This document shows positions 32,435 to 34,771 of a DNA stretch of 34,771 bases, one piece after another. Both the position numbers and the translations under genes were made by a program. Each line of letters opens with the position of its first letter. Within the stretch, counting starts at the first letter, position 1. Under the pieces are notes generated by a model. That model worked only from the letters and a program-made list of their open reading frames with translations. It did not search any database and was not told the DNA's origin. The DNA comes from a virus (taxonomy: Duplodnaviria > Caudoviricetes), in IMG/VR virus record IMGVR_UViG_3300017910_000227, positions 1 to 34,771 of that record, one strand, 5' to 3'.

Positions 32435-33067
32435 CTAAAACAGGTTTGCACCTGTCGGTTCAGCAGGGGCGGCAGGAGGTTTTGCAACCGCCGCTACTGG
32501 CGCGGGTTCTGATGGAGCGGCTGCGCCACCGTCCATCAATGCAGGCCGGTCGATCCAGTCAGTGATCTTCCACTCCGGCACCTTGAAGCGAAGCTCGCCT
32601 TGCGGCGAGTTGATCTTGATCGTCTCCGTGCCGGAGATGGTCACGACCGGAACTTTGCCTTGATGCGACGCAGCTTCCGCTTCGTACTGACTGAAAAGGC
32701 CGTCCAGCGCACGCAGAACCGTCTTAGCCGAGTGGCTAAATTCGCGAAGGCCCAAGTCCTTCGTTGCCACGCGGACGCGGAACGCCTGCTTATGGTCTTG
32801 GCTGGGTTGATCCGGGAAAGGCTCCGTGATCTTTGCCATACGGAAGTCAGGGGCGCCGGATGCAAATGAGAGCCACCCGACTTCGATTTCACCCAAATCC
32901 ATTGCCATCTGGATCGGGAGGGAGAGTTCTTGCTCATCCTTTTGCCAAGTCCCGTCTGATGCCTGATACCGATCCTGCTTCAGCAGGTCACCGGCCTTTG
33001 CGTCCCACTTGATGATGGGCAGGATATCACCGGAAGAACCGGTTTCGAGATTAAAACCTAGAGGCAT
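32435..33067 (-). CDS. Putative single-stranded DNA-binding protein
   Basis: 210 aa, beta-rich core with a Pro/Ala linker ending in LF; lies between the resolvase and the primase. Confidence 0.6.
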   Translation of the reverse strand: MPLGFNLETGSSGDILPIIKWDAKAGDLLKQDRYQASDGTWQKDEQELSLPIQMAMDLGEIEVGWLSFASGAPDFRMAKITEPFPDQPSQDHKQAFRVRVATKDLGLREFSHSAKTVLRALDGLFSQYEAEAASHQGKVPVVTISGTETIKINSPQGELRFKVPEWKITDWIDRPALMDGGAAAPSEPAPVAAVAKPPAAPAEPTGANLF

Positions 33068-33069
33068 AA

Positions 33070-33546
33070 CTATAACTCCTTTACGTTAACGCCTTCGACA
33101 CTACTGACCGACACCGCGTCGGCCAGCAATTCTCTGACTATCATCATCGCGGTGAGCGTGTCCATCTCGACGGCGTAGCCCCAGTCAAGCTCGGCGCCCT
33201 CGCGCATAGTGCTGCAACCATGCGGCAGCCCTGCGCGCATCACCGCTTCGGCTGGCATGCGCCACTTCCACTGTTGATGATTGTATTTGTAGACCAGCAA
33301 CGGGAGCAGCCCGGCAGACTTCGCTGCGGCGCACACCTGATCCCACCACGCGGGTTGCGGCGCACAGCCGGTCTTGTATCTCTTGATTTCGATCACGAAG
33401 GGGAACGCCTCCTCGCAAATGAGGTCGCCATGCTCGCCAGCGCGATACTGTTCGAGGTCGCGCTTGAACGTCATGCCAAGCTCGTCGAACAACAGCTTTG
33501 CGATCTCGCGCTCGGCGGCTGCACCCTTCTGCCTACTGTTCGCCAC
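33070..33546 (-). CDS. Holliday junction resolvase-like PD-(D/E)xK nuclease
   Basis: NSRQKGAAAEREIA..., GDL, IEIKRY, WWDQV, P.LVYK. Confidence 0.85.
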   Translation of the reverse strand: MANSRQKGAAAEREIAKLLFDELGMTFKRDLEQYRAGEHGDLICEEAFPFVIEIKRYKTGCAPQPAWWDQVCAAAKSAGLLPLLVYKYNHQQWKWRMPAEAVMRAGLPHGCSTMREGAELDWGYAVEMDTLTAMMIVRELLADAVSVSSVEGVNVKEL

Positions 33547-33694
33547 GCTCTTGCCGCCTCTTCATAATGGCCTGAACCAGAAGCTCATCCGCTAGGGTCG
33601 AGAGCGTTCGATGCGGCGAAAGCTCAAGCTCTTCTTTAAGCATCTGCCGGGTCGAGGCCCGTAGGCGCAGAAGTTGTTGTTGTATGTCAGACAC
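33533..33694 (-). CDS. Ribbon-helix-helix (Arc-like) regulator
   Basis: GTG at 33694 after GGAGG; QQLLRLRAS strand followed by two helices (RTLSTLADELL); first gene of the left arm. Confidence 0.6.
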   Translation of the reverse strand: MSDIQQQLLRLRASTRQMLKEELELSPHRTLSTLADELLVQAIMKRRQERGEQ

Positions 33695-33736
33695 TTGGGC
33701 CTCCAAAAAAAAATTTAGCAAAACGCTATTCAGACC

Positions 33737-33784
33737 TTGATATCACAGTGATATTGATTATCCTAGTAGGACATTGCTAGAACA
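33737..33784 (+). promoter_or_regulatory. Early promoter P1 with palindromic operator and SOS-box-like element
   Basis: TTGATA (33737-33742), 16 nt, TATCCT. Palindrome ATATCAC-A-GTGATAT. AGTAGGACATTGCTAGAACA (33765-33784). Confidence 0.7.
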
Positions 33785-33802
33785 CATCGAAGGGAGACAC
33801 CG

Positions 33803-34177
33803 ATGACCAAGCAAGAGCAGATTATCAAGAACCTCATCGCGCGCACCGAAACTCTGGGCGGCACATACGAGCGCACTGACTACGAGTACAGCGGCGTCGT
33901 TACCCTTGACCTCACGATTGGCAACTCAAGCGCCCACGTTTGCGTCGGCCCACGCGGCTCGTTCAAGTACGCTTCGACTTGGTTCCAAGATCGTTTCGGC
34001 GGCTACATCGCCGTCAGCGACAAGAAGAGCCGCCCAAGCTGGGCGCGCGCTGGCGAGATGCGCGCATGGTTCTGGAACGTCAGCCGCGATCTGATCGGAG
34101 ACGCCGAGGCGCAGATGATGGTTCATGAATTCCACCAGACGGCTACGCCGACTTTCACCGAAAAGGCGGCGGCCTAA
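33803..34177 (+). CDS. Hypothetical early protein
   Basis: 124 aa; HVCVGPRGS motif; first gene of the right arm. Confidence 0.8.
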   Translation: MTKQEQIIKNLIARTETLGGTYERTDYEYSGVVTLDLTIGNSSAHVCVGPRGSFKYASTWFQDRFGGYIAVSDKKSRPSWARAGEMRAWFWNVSRDLIGDAEAQMMVHEFHQTATPTFTEKAAA

Positions 34178-34212
34178 CGGCCCCGCCCCACCACCATCGA
34201 AGGGAGACATCG

Positions 34213-34617
34213 ATGCTGAACTTTGATCGCCTTGCGCGCCATTCACAGAACACGGCCTTCACCGAGGCCGTGCTTGCCGCAACCGAGCCGCACCCATTCA
34301 ACCGGCACCTTGCCTATGTGCCGGAGCATAACTGTTGCCTCGAACTGACTGACGGCTTTAGAGATGGGCAGATGACACTGGGCTTCATTCAATCGCTGGA
34401 ACGCAAAGAGGGCAATGGTGGGCGCTGCCTGCGCTGGCTGCTCGACCTTTGCCATGAGCATGGCATCCTGCTGCACATCCATTGTGAGGCGCAAAGCTGC
34501 CACCCGTATGTGAACGGCATGGCCCAGCGCGAGTTGAAATCTTGGTATCGCCGCAAGGGCTTTGTGTTCCCAGCTAATGGCCGGGACGGATACTACTACG
34601 CAGCATCGGTGGAGTGA
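34213..34617 (+). CDS. GNAT-family acetyltransferase-like protein
   Basis: ERKEGNGGRCLRWLLDLC (motif A-like) and LKSWYRRKGF (motif B). Confidence 0.7.
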   Translation: MLNFDRLARHSQNTAFTEAVLAATEPHPFNRHLAYVPEHNCCLELTDGFRDGQMTLGFIQSLERKEGNGGRCLRWLLDLCHEHGILLHIHCEAQSCHPYVNGMAQRELKSWYRRKGFVFPANGRDGYYYAASVE

Positions 34618-34620
34618 GCC

Positions 34621-34764
34621 ATGAGACAATACCTAGACGACATCATCGGGATGGTCATCATCCTGTTCTTCATCCTTGGCTGGATCGACTGGCTTTGGAT
34701 TTTCGGGGTCGAGGCATCTCGGTCCTACACATGGTGGGCGCTCATCGCCCACTTCGCTCAGTAA
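34621..34764 (+). CDS. 47-aa membrane peptide spanning the assembly junction (not in ORF track)
   Basis: MRQYLDDIIGMVIILFFILGWIDWLWIFGVEASRSYTWWALIAHFAQ; GGAG RBS. Confidence 0.7.
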   Translation: MRQYLDDIIGMVIILFFILGWIDWLWIFGVEASRSYTWWALIAHFAQ

Positions 34765-34771
34765 AAGGGAG
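34631..34771. repeat. Terminal direct repeat, right copy
   Basis: Identical to 1-141. Confidence 0.95.

Noticed and set aside
1-34771. Integrase, DNA/RNA polymerase, tRNA or auxiliary metabolic genes
   Set aside because: No matching motifs or cloverleaf structures were found by eye. tRNAscan and HMM searches are needed to confirm their absence.

Overview
The window is an apparently complete, circularly assembled genome of a short-tailed (podovirus-type) dsDNA phage. Bases 1-141 are identical to 34631-34771, giving a unit length of 34,630 bp. The gene order resembles marine HTVC010P/uvMED-type podoviruses, but the sequence is GC-rich, and several motifs point to an alphaproteobacterial host (inference). 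Two arms diverge from about 33,700-33,800 and converge at a terminator near 4,300. The short + arm of early/accessory genes carries a GNAT, a ParB-like protein, a YqaJ exonuclease, a LexA DNA-binding-domain-only protein and a DnaJ-type Zn finger. The long - arm carries an RHH repressor, resolvase, SSB-like protein, primase-helicase, iteron/palindrome origin, TerS, TerL, a 774-aa polyvalent-type protein, seven tiny basic proteins, portal, scaffold, capsid, adaptor/nozzle, ejection proteins, two chaperone-bearing tail fibres and a lysis cassette. I found no integrase, DNA polymerase, RNA polymerase, tRNA or CRISPR array. The most notable signals are: (1) a dif-like XerC/XerD site between terS and terL in an integrase-less phage; (2) near-consensus alphaproteobacterial SOS boxes at two matched early promoters, together with a non-cleavable mini-LexA; (3) an unannotated ArfA-like (ribosome rescue) peptide; (4) a roughly 106-nt structured RNA with an antisense TTGACA promoter; (5) an anti-Shine-Dalgarno pseudoknot in front of the primase-helicase; (6) a 15-nt translation-initiation cassette repeated before three accessory genes. 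All family calls come from reading motifs by eye, with no database search.
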